Assembly (NCBI GenBank): GCA_904063045.1
Contig: CAJFCJ010000001.1
Coordinates: 2,604,001-2,668,000 of the forward strand
DNA length: 64,000 nucleotides
DNA from: Dimorphilus gyrociliatus
Taxonomy: Eukaryota; Animalia; Annelida
Reading direction: 5' to 3'
Part shown: in pieces, positions 1 to 12,612 of the stretch
Layout: the number at the start of each line of letters is the position of its first letter
Numbering within the stretch: the stretch's first letter is position 1
Made by a program: the position numbers and the translations under genes
Notes under the pieces: model-generated
Database searches by the model: none
Seen by the model: the letters and a program-made list of their open reading frames with translations, nothing else
Told to the model about the DNA's origin: nothing

Positions 1-3000
1 ATATTTCGTTGGAGCTGCCCTTTGGGGAAGAGAAAGAGTTGAGACTATTAAATGTCCAGCTAGTGTTGTATTACCTTGTATGATACAAGTAAATATTAAT
101 ATTATATCATTTTTCGTTACTTTTTTGCATTTAATAATTTAATTTTTTCAAAGGCTTTAGTTAACAGCGATCATCCACTTGTTGCCTATGAAATAGCAAG
201 ATCTGTTAGAAGGTTAATTGAAAAATATGGAACAGATTGTGAAATGATGACATGGAGTGGAGTTTTAGATGTAATCCAAACACTTCTTGATTTTACAAAT
301 TCAAATGTATTTGCTGTAATTATCCAATTTATTCAATTATTTAGCAAAGTGAACTTTTTATACTTAAAATAATTTCCAGGCTTCGTCAGCACTTTCCCCA
401 CATATACTTACCGAATTTCATCGAATAATAAGTGATGTAGAGGACGCCTATGAGAAAGAAAGTAATTTTAGTTCACTAGCCGATCGATTTTTCGATATTG
501 TTGAAGAATGTGCCAATGATAGACCGGTAAATAATGATTCATTTTAAAGACTATCACTTTTATTGAAAATTTAAAACGCAGCTACAAATATAACATGTTT
601 TTATTTAATCACAACAGGAAAAATCATTACTACTTTTAATACAACATCGTGTATTATTAGTGCATCCCAACCTCCCAGGATGGACCATTCAACTTAAAGA
701 ATTAGTTGACAAATACTTTAGGTAAGTAAAGTTAATACTTTTCAATTTTAATTCTTTATTGAGTATAATTTCCAACCCGCGATCTTTAAAGTATTTAAGT
801 TAGTATTATCTTTTAAAATTGAGCATTTTCCTTGAAATAAAGCTATTCCAATGCAACTATTTGAATTCATACACTTTGTACTGCAGTGACCTTTATTTCT
901 ATATATCTCCACTTTATCAGCCGAACCTGATGGTGTTGGAAAGACCTCGCCTTTCAGTCTTGTTAAATGAATACATCGAACTGTCAAGACAAAGAGAGAT
1001 TTATATTGAACGATTTATTAATAATCTTGAATTAATCACTGTAGATCAATCATTTAACTTAAAACCTTTATGGAAAATTTCCTATAGCTCACCTAATCCA
1101 TCAGAATAATAGCTATTACTGCAATTCCACTTTTGAATATCTGGTGTTGCTTGAGTTGTTGGGAGTTCTAGTGAAATTTTATTTATATATAATATTAAAA
1201 CGCATTAAAATACTCGTCCTTACCAGTTGTAAATATAGGCGTTTCAGAATTGCTACATCTACCACTTATACAAACTACACTAGGAAAACCGTTGCAAACA
1301 TCTCCTTCGTCACACGAAGACCCAAATGTTTTATCTGTAACGGTGTTTTTGAGAGTTAAATTTGTTTTTATACTTGAATATACGAGCATATATTCTATGT
1401 ACATGAGCATGAACCAGACCAATCAATTTCCTGACTTTGATTACAAATCCAAGTTCCATTATTTAATACCCTTTCAAAACCGGTCAGGCAGACACATACA
1501 CCAAAAGAGCATTTCATTGCTTTTGGATTACCCTTACAACTCGAACTCGATGAACAAGAATCATCAACAGCACTCAAAAACGCTAAATTGTTTTTGATAA
1601 AGGAGATAACTATTATAAATGTATTCACTAATTTTAAAACTATACCATTAGCTGATACAGTAATTACAGTACTGCCCAAATCCATTTTAGTAGTCAAAGT
1701 ATAAGCATCATTTTTATCAAGACCAGCAACAGGTATTATAATATCATTATCTCGAACACAAGAATTTGCAGCCATCGTTTTTGTTGCGAAAAAACCACTA
1801 AAAGCGCCAATACTCCCAGGATTAAGGTTATCTATTTAAAAACATTTTAGTATTAGATTACCTGTAATGAAAGTTTTCAATTTAAAACTGAAAAATAAAA
1901 ATTACCTAAGATAACAACAGCAATAGCCCCCGATAATTGCGCAAAAAGAGCCTTTGAAGAAAAAAAGCAACCACCCCTTCGGACGATTGCTACGTTTCCT
2001 CTCACTGCTGAAGGATTATGATACATATCACAACCATTTTCTGGTATTGACTTAACAGCAATTCCGGTAAACTGATTGAAAATTAAAGCAATGTTGAACA
2101 AAAAATTATTACAAAGACAAATCTCATATTTGTTATTTCTATTACTTTTGTATCTTCTCCAAAACCGAAACCAAATTCAGCTGGTCTTGCTTCCAATATA
2201 ATATTTCCATTATGTATTGTAACAGTTCTCCTATAAGCTCCTGAATAAGAAATAAGTATAATAAACTAAACCAACTTTAATAGTTATTTTTAACCGTTGG
2301 CAAAAAAAAATTGGAATGCAAAACAGTAAAACGAAGCCTTGACTAGTAAAGAATTCATTTTCATTTGAAGGATATACCGTTATTACCTTTGAGCTCTTGT
2401 GCGCGTAAAAGAAGTTTGTGATTTACTGTTTCTATTTGTAGACGCTCAATTTGATTACATATCCAAGTTCCATTGTCATTTACCTATATAAATGGTTCGT
2501 GTAAATACAATTGCTAAAAGATCATTTAATTGATCTTGGTCTACTATATGGAAATGAATTCCCAAAACTATGCCAAAGAACTATTAGCTATAACATTAGA
2601 TTTAATAACAAGTAGGCATCAGCGAAATCATTTTACCAGTTAGAGAGTAGAGAAACCATATTACGCAATTATTTATAGACGTGTTTAAATTCGTTATTTC
2701 GTGATAGAATCAAATATTGATCATCCATAAAGTTCTCTTTCTATAAGCTTTCTTCAATTCTAGTGGCTGCTTCCCGTATAGAATATTTTCTTAGAAAAAT
2801 CTGTCTCAATTTTTAACATTTAACATTTCTTTTTCAGACTTGAATTACGAACAAAAGTAAGAATACATGTTATCGAAGTTTTATCCCAATTTATAACTTC
2901 CCACGTTCATCTCTATGAGGTATTTTATGCAAGTTTACTTGCAATAGAAAACAATATATTTAGAATAAATAAAAGAGTACATATGCTAATATTTTTTCAC

Positions 3001-6000
3001 AACAGAATGAATTAATAGATGGTGTTATTCTACCTGTATTGACAAATATAGATCAAGATTTTGATATTGCTGTCAGAAAGAGAACAACTCAATTGCTTTT
3101 GCATGTTTGTCATTGTTGTACAACCTCAAAATTTAGTGAAGTTATTCAAATATTAGAAAAGGTAAATAGAAAAAACAAACTTAAAAGTTTAGCTTCAACA
3201 AGAAAACCATAGATATATAACAATATATTCAGAACATAGAATTCAATTATTGATATCAGATAATGTTCTAGTTTAAGATCCTAGGTTCATTCTTGAATAG
3301 TTAAATTAATTGCAATTGGTAATCAATTCTATAACGAACAAAAATCGTTTAGAAATTTGTCCTTGAGAAATCTTAAGGATAAATCGGCAACAGATTAAAC
3401 TGTTATTGATATGGTATGATGATAGGGAATTGATAACATTTAATTCATGGAATTATCGATTCAATAATAGTAATTTTGTTTTGTTACATATAATCTATTC
3501 TTATTTTTCTTTACAATAATAGATAATGCAGAGACCATTTAGGTCGTCTAGACCCGGATCACCACCATCTACACCAGTATCCTATTGTTTCGAAGATGTT
3601 AACTTGGCTGTGTGCGGTTTAGCAGCAATGCTAGAAGTTAAAATTACTTCTAAATATAACCTTTCATCCCAAGTTGTTCAAATATACGATTGTCTAATTA
3701 AGCATCTTAAGTGCCTATATTCGCCAACAAATTGCCGTTTTTTGGATAGTTCAGTTAAAAGTCGCTATGAGGTTGGTCCTAGTTTCCGAATATTTCCTAT
3801 ATTTTTGAACTAAAGATAGCTATTCATATTGATTGACCAAACCTAATCAATTACGTATTCATTTTACACTTCCTAGAAAGCAATAATTTTTTATGTTTTG
3901 TAGATCTTAAGAGTCCTTCTAAATATGAGAAGCGATAATCAAAAAAGGCTGGGATATGTCAATAGAAATAAAGGAGACAAAGTAATCTTTACTTCAAATA
4001 TTATATTCACAAGGTAATAACAGCAAGTTTTTTTTTTACCTTGTTTTTTTTAATTATCTATTTCGTTGTTTCATTTTTTTATAAAGTTCAAAAGTAACTA
4101 AGTCAAAAAATGAAGAATCGATTAAAAAGTCATGTAAAGATGATGAAAAACAATTGAAAAAAAGTTGTTCACAAGTCGACGAAGAGATACAATCTACTGA
4201 AACACCAAATCTATTTTATATCAATTACGCTGATGCTGTTTCTTGCTTCATATTATGTCTAAAATATGAAAGTGAATGGGATATATATCATTTATTATTT
4301 CAAGAAACTCCTAAAATTTTACGTAATAAGAGTCTAATTTTAACAACGATACGTAATGCAAGGAACAATGGTGGAAGTGAAGATATTGAAACCTTTAGCC
4401 AATTAATCTGTGATATGATAAGCACTACTTCGCCAAAAGCTTACGAATCTTTTAAAAATAAAAAAGAAGGTAGCGTTACCAAACCAGACTTTCACTGCAA
4501 CATATTTCCAGTATTAACGTGCCTACCCAGTTACCATAACTATTTAAATAGAAATATATTGGTTAGTTAATTAATTTATTAACTATTTTTACAAGTATTG
4601 GTATATAAAATATCTTTCTTTTCATATAGCAACAATTCATTCAATGCCTCGATTTGGGTTTGATCTCCAAATGCGCTCGTCTGTGCGTCTGGGCCTTGTC
4701 TGTTTCTGCTTTTGAAATGCCCAATGTCCTTATGAGGCAATTGCCACATATTTTGTTAATTATTACACAAATATCTCCAACAAGGCAAATGTCAACACCA
4801 TTAATGGAATTTTTAAACAGTAATTTATCTAAAATATTTTATTGCTATTCAGTTATTAATGTTTCTTTTTCTTGCAGCTTTTATTCACCTACCGCAATTG
4901 TTTATTAATTTTTGTGATGATGATTATCTATCGGTATTCGCTATTGCTATGCAGTATACTAATCCTGCAAGATATTCGCATTATACAGTATCTTTAGCCT
5001 ATCAAGTAATATGTGTTTGGTTCTTAAAATGTAAATTAGAATCGAGAAAACGTTATGTTAATTTTATTGTAAGAGGTTTGGTTAAAGTTTTAAATCAATT
5101 CGAGGAGAATATTTCAAGAGCAAGGGTTTGTTTCCTCTTTATTATTAATAATAAATAGTTATTATTTAATCAAATTAATCAAATAAATCAACTGACAGGC
5201 ATCCAATAATTGTAACGAAACTATGCCAAGAGGAAGATCACACACAGAAGATGTTACCGTACTAAAGAGGTAAAATATTTCTGGTTTTGCATCTAAGTTT
5301 GTTTATATATTATTGTTTGTTTAGAGCAAAAACTGCTGCTGTACAAAATGTGAAGACGGCTGCCTTTCATCAAGAATTAACAGAAACCTGTATTGATATG
5401 TTGGCCAGATACGCCTATTCAAATTGTTCAAATTTTCCTACCAGGTCTGCAGTCGCTGAATTTCTTTTAAAAAATGGAACAAGTGAACGTTGGGTAATAG
5501 GAAATAACGTTGTAACTATTACTACCAGTGGAAGTTTAGTTGGTACGAAATTATATTATACTTATTATTATTATACGATATTTTACTATGGATTTAGGCC
5601 CATCTGGTCTTTGTGATAAATGTCTACATTTAGCTGGTAAATTGGCTGAAAAGAAAAGACAAGAGAATCAACGAAAACGTCATCAGTCAGCGGCATGCGA
5701 AACTAGTCAATCCACAGTTGTTGTCAGGCAGAAAAGCTTCGATGACATGGGAATTGGTAGGAAAGATGTTACCGAAAACACAACTGCAAATGAAGAACCG
5801 GTAAATCCTAAAATTGATGAAATAATGTTGGGCCTTGGAAAGAATAAACCAGATGACGCATCCATATTTACTCAATACGAATGCAGTTGTTGGGTAAATG
5901 CATGGGTTGAAGTACATATAAGACGACCAACAGGAAACGTAAGCTGGTTAATGAGATCGCAAAATGATACTGGTATTAATCAGGTAATAGCACTTAATTC

Positions 6001-8654
6001 CTTAGAGATATTTGAATATAATCTTTATTGTTATAAAATGAAAAAAACAAAAGGGTGCACCTGGATTCCCTCTTTGGAATATGCATCTATTAATGCAAGA
6101 GGAAAAGTCAAAAGATTCCAAATCAATATCAAAAAGAAAGAAAATTGATAGCATGTCCATTGCCGAGAGTGAATATAATAATATACACCAACAAATCTTT
6201 CTTGGCTCTTCTCCACCGAACGGTAAGGGTAAATATTCTTAATTTATTAGTGTTATTAGAGTTTAGCAGTGATATTTCTGTTGAACTTACCACCGATAAT
6301 ACTTATATTTATATAGATAAGATATGTATATTATTTTCGCCTTAATATTCAACTTCGTATAAGAACTATAAAGATTATTTTTTTCATAGATAATAGATAA
6401 CTTTTTAAATACTTCATTCGAGTTTCTCCTTCCTTATCCTTATAATTTACACTCTTTTATACTTACAAATTTCTTTTTTCTTTTACACCTTAAAACTTAT
6501 CCTTCCATTATTTCATTTGTTTAAAACTTAAAAAACAATTAATTACAATCATCAGCAGAAAAAGATGGATTTGATCTAAAGTTGGCACTTATCGGTATAT
6601 TTATATTAATAATGTTGTACTATTTAATTTCATTACAAAAAAAGAGAAATCTATAATTTGTCGTTAATTATAACTATCTTCTTTTTTTTGTAATGTATTA
6701 TTAATTATGTAAATATTAGTGGCATGGAGAAAAGGACATAATTATTTTGGGTCAAAAAAGTTTTTACTTTCCCTCATATATAATAACCTTGTCTTCCTTA
6801 CTATTCTTAGCATTGTCTTATACGGTCTATATATATATATATATATATACATTTTTGCCTTGTAATTATAAACTCGAATAGCTGTTATAAAAGTTGATAG
6901 GAGCATGTTTTTTAAACGAATCACATTCTTACTTCTCTTTTTAATTTTTTTTTAAATGCTTGTGTTATTATCTCTTTTTTTTATATTAAATTGTATTCCA
7001 ACGTTCTTTTTATAATTGTTTACGAACTGCACTTCCCATTGAATAAAATATAATGCACTAACACCCTAAACTAATAACGTATATTCCTAAAACCGAACAG
7101 GAACAAAGATTGTATTCCTTAGCGTATATTCATAAATTTATATATACTGTATATATTAGTATATATAGATTCATGTATATATAAAATTAATTTTCTAAAA
7201 CATTGAACTATGTCTTATGCGTTTGAAATTATTATATTGAACAGAGGAAGAAACTTCGGAAAGCGACGAAGAATCTGATAATAATGCAGTCAATCTACCT
7301 GAGTTAAAGAAAAGTACTTCTACACCGGTTTTAACAGCTGATATAATGACTAAACTAACAACTGGAAATGTTAAAGGTGACTTACAAGACGTCTTTCAAA
7401 GGTACGAAAATAATTTTTCTTTTATTAATAACTTATTATTTAAATACTACTTTGACTTGTGGTTTAGGTCGCAAGACTTGAAAAGTGATAAACTTAATGG
7501 TGATTTAAATAACGGCGATACAGAAGAGAACGAAACAATGCCAACTTCTTCAAACAATGGTAAAGAATCACCGAAAGATTTTAAAGACCAAAAGCATGGA
7601 ATTGATCCAAATTTTGTTTTTCTTCAATTATTTCATTCTGCTTCTGTATCAAAAAATAGCGAAAGTGCTTTTTATATACCGCAAAGTAGTGAGGTTAGTA
7701 TGAAAATTTGCTTGGTTTCTAAGTCAAATATACAATTATATTATATACGTATATATATATTAGTATACACTGTGAATTTACAAACAGAGCCTTAACAGAA
7801 GTATAAACATGCTTGATAGACGGTATCCGTTTGAAACTCATAAAATTGCTATTCTTTATGTTGGACCTGGTCAAATTAATGATGAAAAAGCCATATTAGC
7901 AAACAGTGGAGGATCCAAAAGATATATACAGTTTTTATCTAGTCTTGGTTCGTTACTTCGCTTAAAAGAAGATGAAATTGAAGAAGAAAACACCTACTTA
8001 GGCGGATTAGATACGAAAGGAGAAGATGGAGAATTCACCTATTGTTGGCATGATGACTTTATGCAAACTGTCTTCCATGTTGCTACCCTAATGCCAAAAC
8101 GATCATCAGACGTTAATTATCTTTATAAGAAGCGTCATATTGGAAATGACTATGTCACAATTGTTTACAATGATTCAATGGGAGAATCTTACAAATTGGG
8201 AACTATACAAGGGGAATTTAATTATGTGAATATAATTATTGAGCCGTTAGATGAAATGAGTAACGCTGTTACGGTTCAAACTAAAGAAGATATAGTAGAA
8301 ATAATTGGCCATACTGATACAAAGATTATTTCTGATGTAAATTTGGGGAAATTAGTCCGACAAATGGCTGTTCATGCTAACGTATGTCATTTATTAACTT
8401 CTTAAGATTCTTTCTATATAATAATGTATACTTTACAGTTAGCTTCTGTCATATTACAAAGACAAAAGAATAATCCTAATGATCCATACGCATCCAATTG
8501 GCTGGAACGCCTAAGACAAATTAAGAAAATCAGAAGCAGAGCAGAGTCAGCAATGAGTGACAGACTGTCAAATGGAAGAGGAAAGTCTATAGCTAAATAT
8601 CAACACGTAGATTTTACCTCATTCTGTTTTATGCCTGATTCATCGATTAATTAG
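1..8654 (+). CDS. TSC2: Tuberin (TSC2), multi-exon, 5' end lies upstream of the window
   Basis: Spliced exons read YFVGAALWG..., LVAYEIARSVRRLIEKY, HPNLPGWTIQLKELVDKYF, SRYSHYTVSLAYQVICVWFLKC-like segment, CSCWVNAWVEVHIRRPTGNVSW, GIDPNFVFLQLFHS and a Rap/Ran-GAP domain (HKIAILYVGPGQ...FHVATLMP...KKRHIGNDYVTIVYN). All match recalled TSC2 sequence. Stop at 8652-8654. Confidence 0.96.
748..2364 (-). CDS. Secreted protein with signal peptide, PA domain, cysteine-rich EB-like module and C-terminal PAN/apple-like domain; nested antisense in a TSC2 intron
   Basis: Eight exons with consistent phases and GT-AG sites: 2364-2295, 2240-2146, 2071-1906, 1831-1646, 1582-1436, 1334(or 1394)-1224, 1167-1093, 980-748 (about 360 aa). 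N-terminus MKMNSLLVKASFYCFAFQFFFANG is signal-like. PA motif ARPAEFG...GNVAIVRRGGCFFSSKALFAQLSGAIAVVILDN. Cys-rich CVCLTGF...GSSCDEGDVC...CISGRC. Terminal CSTKCMNSNSCIGIALFQGKCSIL...GWKLY. Confidence 0.8.
6828..6849. repeat. (TA)n microsatellite in a TSC2 intron
   Basis: About 11 TA units read directly. Confidence 0.85.
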
Positions 8655-8881
8655 ATTACAGAGACATAGAGAGAAAGAGCGAGAGAGAGAGAGAATTTAA
8701 CCAAAATAAACATGAACGTTGCCAAATACAAATATATTTATCTAACATTTAAAAGTGTTATTAGTTTATTGTTAATTAAATCTTAATACTAGTTAGGCTG
8801 GCAAAAGTTTACTATTTTCAATTTTTTAGCGCCAATAATCTTTGGACTCTTCACGCATATAAGATACTACTTCGATCCAAA

Positions 8882-10596
8882 ATGGCGCTCTTCATTCGGC
8901 ATGTTGAAAGTTGTTATTTTCGTTATTCCCCAAAATTACAAATTAATAACTTATTTAATTTATCAAAATCATCTGTAAAATATAAATATAGTTTCAATGA
9001 CATAGGTGATAAGCGATGTTTTTCCAAGATAATAGGTAAAATTTTTGCTTATATTTATTGACCGATATTTAATGAACTGATCAACTTCAGATGCTACTTC
9101 ATTTAATGATTATATAAGAAAGGGAAAGGATGAAGCTCGGAAAAGTGTCCTAATTAATCTTGGAACTCAGAATAGATTATTAGAGGCGTGTTCTCTAATC
9201 AAAAATTGCGTTGGACGAGCCGCCAATTCTTGTATTACTTATTCAAAAAATGACAAATATTACGCCCTTTTCACCCTCCACTCCGTACAAGATGTAGAAA
9301 AGTTACTACAATCAACTCATTTATATGGAGCTCAGAATAGTATAACTATGTTTACAAAAATGCTTTGGCTACCACCGAACTCGAGGGTTAGCCCAAATAA
9401 ACAAAGTATACCGAAAGTCGTCCTAAAAGAGAAACCTACTCCAGAATGCACTAAGAGCAGTCTCATAGCTTACAAATCCATTTCAAAACAATTAGAAATC
9501 CTTTGTAATTCTTATCGTATGACGCCGATAGATCAATCTCTTCGCTTTATGATATTGGTCAGTGTTGAAGATATATTTAAAAAACTTCTTCCTCGTAGTC
9601 AATTGACTCCGTTCGGATCATTCGTTAACGGGTTTGGTCAACACGGTGGCGATTTAGATATAACAATGAACGTAGATATTGGCGGTGATTTGTGGAAAGG
9701 TCACGGATTTTGTTATATGACAAAGATTGTTGGAGATGACGAAGAAAGAATATTTCAAAAGAGTGCTTTAAACGCTTTAGGTGGCATTTTACAAAATTTC
9801 GCTCCACAATTTCATAAGATTCGAAAAATAATTCATGCAAGAGTTCCAATAGTTAAATTTGTTCATAGTATGACTAATATCGAATGCGATCTTTGTATAG
9901 ACAATAATTCAGCTTTAGAAATGTCAGAGTTATTATATAATGTATCTTCGTACGATATTAAAATTCATCAGCTAGTCTTTCTTGTAAGGCATTGGGCAAA
10001 AAGCAATGAATTAACAAAATCCAATCCTGGTCCATGGATGTCGAATTTTATGTTGACATTATTGGTTTTATTCTATTTGCAAAAGCAACATAACCTTCCT
10101 GCACTGCAAGAATTCAATAACAAAAGCCGGTTAAAGCCTTCCGCTATTAAAAGGATTTCCTTAGGTATGCTATATTTATTCTTTTTTTCCAAGAAATCTT
10201 CTTCGTTGATTTTCCTCTAAGATAACTTTTTCTCTTCTTTCTCTTTTTACAGATAAATTATTTACGGAATTCTTGAACTTTTATTCATGTTATAACTTTG
10301 AAAAAAAATGTATCTCAGTTTTAAAATCTTCTGAAAATGAAATAGAAGAATGGGATGCTGCTTTACATATTGAAAATCCTATTGAAACTGAATTGAACGT
10401 TTGTAAGAATGTATCGCAAGATGAATTAGATAGATTTAAGGATATTTGTAATTGCTCATTTAAAACTTTAAAACTAGATAATCAACCTGACAGGATGATG
10501 GAAATCCTTTTTCCGCAAAGAACAAATGGCGATATGCCCTCAGATACAGAAGTTGAAAGTATTCACATGTCTAAGCTATTTGGCGAAGAGAATTGA
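8882..10596 (+). CDS. MTPAP: Mitochondrial poly(A) polymerase (PAPD1)
   Basis: Three exons. ATG 8882 gives a basic, targeting-like N-terminus. Nucleotidyltransferase motif PFGSFVNGFGQHGGDLDI, then HARVPIVKF...CDLCIDN, LVFLVRHWAK and a PAP-associated motif (LHIENPIETELNVCKNV). Confidence 0.88.
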
Positions 10597-10899
10597 AAGT
10601 TCAAATAGAGAAAAAGAAAGAAAACAAAAAAAAAACAAAAATTAAAGACTGAAATTAGAAAAATCTCAAAGAAAAATATTAATATATTCATTATTCCTAA
10701 AAATGAATTTATTGAATTGCAATAAGCAACGTGAGAGTTTGCAGGTCAAGGGCAATGTAATGCGAAACTGATGGGAAAAACTAGAACGATTTATTTTTAA
10801 TTTTGCTCAGTCAGGAAGAAAATTCTAAAAACTTGCTTATTATAATATTAATGAGAAAAAAGAATACAAGTATAACTGTATACAGTATATAAAATTTAT

Positions 10900-12110
10900 A
10901 TATATACAGTTTGTAGTCGATGGTCATAACGACTAGATTTGACACGTTGTCCTTTTGTGATTCTTCCTTATACATACTTTGAATCTCTTCCAGACCTTTT
11001 TTATTCCTATTGTCGCATATAGAAGATGTAGGTTCTCTGATAACTTCATCCAAATAGTTCAAAGGGGTGATTACTAAAATTATTGAAAACATCCACAACA
11101 CAAATGATATAATGGCGAGCAACCACGATAATCTTTTTTGCTTCTCGTAATTTGTTTGATCTACCCAATAATCTCTCCATCGGCATTGTGGCTTGAACGA
11201 TTTTAAATAGGTATCGTTGAGCCTTTTCTAGTTCTACGGTGGTCACTTTGGCATCTTTGAGTCTTTCGTTAAGTCGGGAATTGGATTTGAATCTTAAAAT
11301 CCAAGCCATGGTACAGCGCATCTTTTACAAGTCTCCCTTTACATCAAAAGTAAAATCGGCTATTACCAGATTGATTATAGCTTTTAGAAGGTTCTTTTCG
11401 ATTTAAGAAAAAGCGATTGGGCAAAGATGTATCGAACAACGGCTTGGATTTTAAGAACAAATGACCAATAAGCTTCACAATCGATGATCTAAGAATATGT
11501 GCCACAGGAAAAGAGCAAAATTGCGGAATTTCGAACATTTAAAATTTTCAAGCCAAAGAAGATGACAGAATACCAAATACCAATGATCCCTTTGCCAACA
11601 GACAAACTGATGTTGGTCGTCCAACATACGATTCTACGACCCGAATCGACTTTTTAAGAAATAAAAAGATTACCTCATTCAAAAAGTTTGATAGATCTTA
11701 GATTATATCTACGTCGGTGCTTCAACATCTGATGGAACAGCCCTAGAACGAATCCTCAATGAAACTACACCCTTCCGACTGATTAACTCTTCAAACTGGA
11801 TTGAATTCGAGATACTCCTTACTCCTGAATCTATCTAAAAACAAAGTCTATACACAACATCGAAGACTTAGCCAAATACACGAACAGACTACTATCACAT
11901 ATTCAATCGGAACTTTAGTCTAATTATGAAAAAATTAGAACGAATCCTTAACGAAAACTCTAAAAGTTATCGACAACGGATGTTACGCAACGGTCGTAGC
12001 GTCTGTTACAGTAAAGAAAGTTCCAGTCAATATACAAACTTTGATAGCCAGTATTCTTCCCAAAAACGTTGTCTTAAGAAATAAGCTTACAGATGAGAAT
12101 TAATCGAATT
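10900..12110. mobile_element. Degenerate BEL/Pao-like LTR retrotransposon fragments in both orientations
   Basis: Minus strand KMRCTMAWILRF...VTTVELEKAQRYLFKIVQ and plus strand SDWAKMYRTTAWILR resemble the Pao segment between RNase H and integrase (W.KL.RVTAW.LRF...LT..EL..A...L...VQ). RHYIICVVDVF and IREPTSSICDN resemble integrase core motifs. Many stops and frameshifts; boundaries approximate. Confidence 0.6.
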
Positions 12111-12542
12111 TCTAAATTAACCATGCCCATCTTATTGTAGATTTACTTAACGAATACGACTACATATGTATATTAGTATATATACAACAAGCTTGAAGTA
12201 CAACAACATTTATACAACATACTTTGTACATATTGCATAATGTTAAATTAACTTGGTTTCTTTATTTTCTTTTTCAAGCTTCAACATAATAATTTCCTTG
12301 CAAAACAAACGATAAAAATATTAATATGTATGAAATCTTGTATTAATATCAGTCCATGGTAAAAATGTTTAACTGAAATGCAGGCTATCTTAAATTTTCC
12401 ATAAAATATAGTTGCTTTTTTTTCTTACTTTACAACGTGTAAATTCTACGTATGTTAAAAAGATTAAGTAGAGATTTTTAAAAGATAAGAAATAATACAA
12501 TAAGCTAGATTTAATAAAAGATGTAGATGTAAACATCTTGAA

Positions 12543-12563
12543 GGGGTGGGGTGGGGTTTTGGG
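12543..12563 (+). other. Four-tract G-quadruplex-type motif GGGGTGGGGTGGGGTTTTGGG
   Basis: Read directly. It lies about 50 nt beyond the MRCK stop, so the MRCK 3' UTR carries the complementary C-rich tract. Confidence 0.6.
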
Positions 12564-12612
12564 AATTTTCAGGATGGGGTTTATGATACGATTCTTCTGG
12601 AATAATTCAAAC

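Noticed and set aside
1877-2240. Calling the nested PA-domain gene PRADC1 or EDEM3
   Set aside because: PRADC1 is a stand-alone PA protein and EDEM3 has a large mannosidase domain. This gene has cysteine-rich and PAN-like C-terminal parts and no mannosidase domain.
8654-8882. Operon-like or polycistronic arrangement suggested by very short tandem gaps (TSC2 to MTPAP 227 nt; DDX47 to zinc-finger gene about 300 nt)
   Set aside because: Downstream genes have their own promoter-type motifs and there is no sequence evidence for trans-splicing. General genome compaction explains the spacing.
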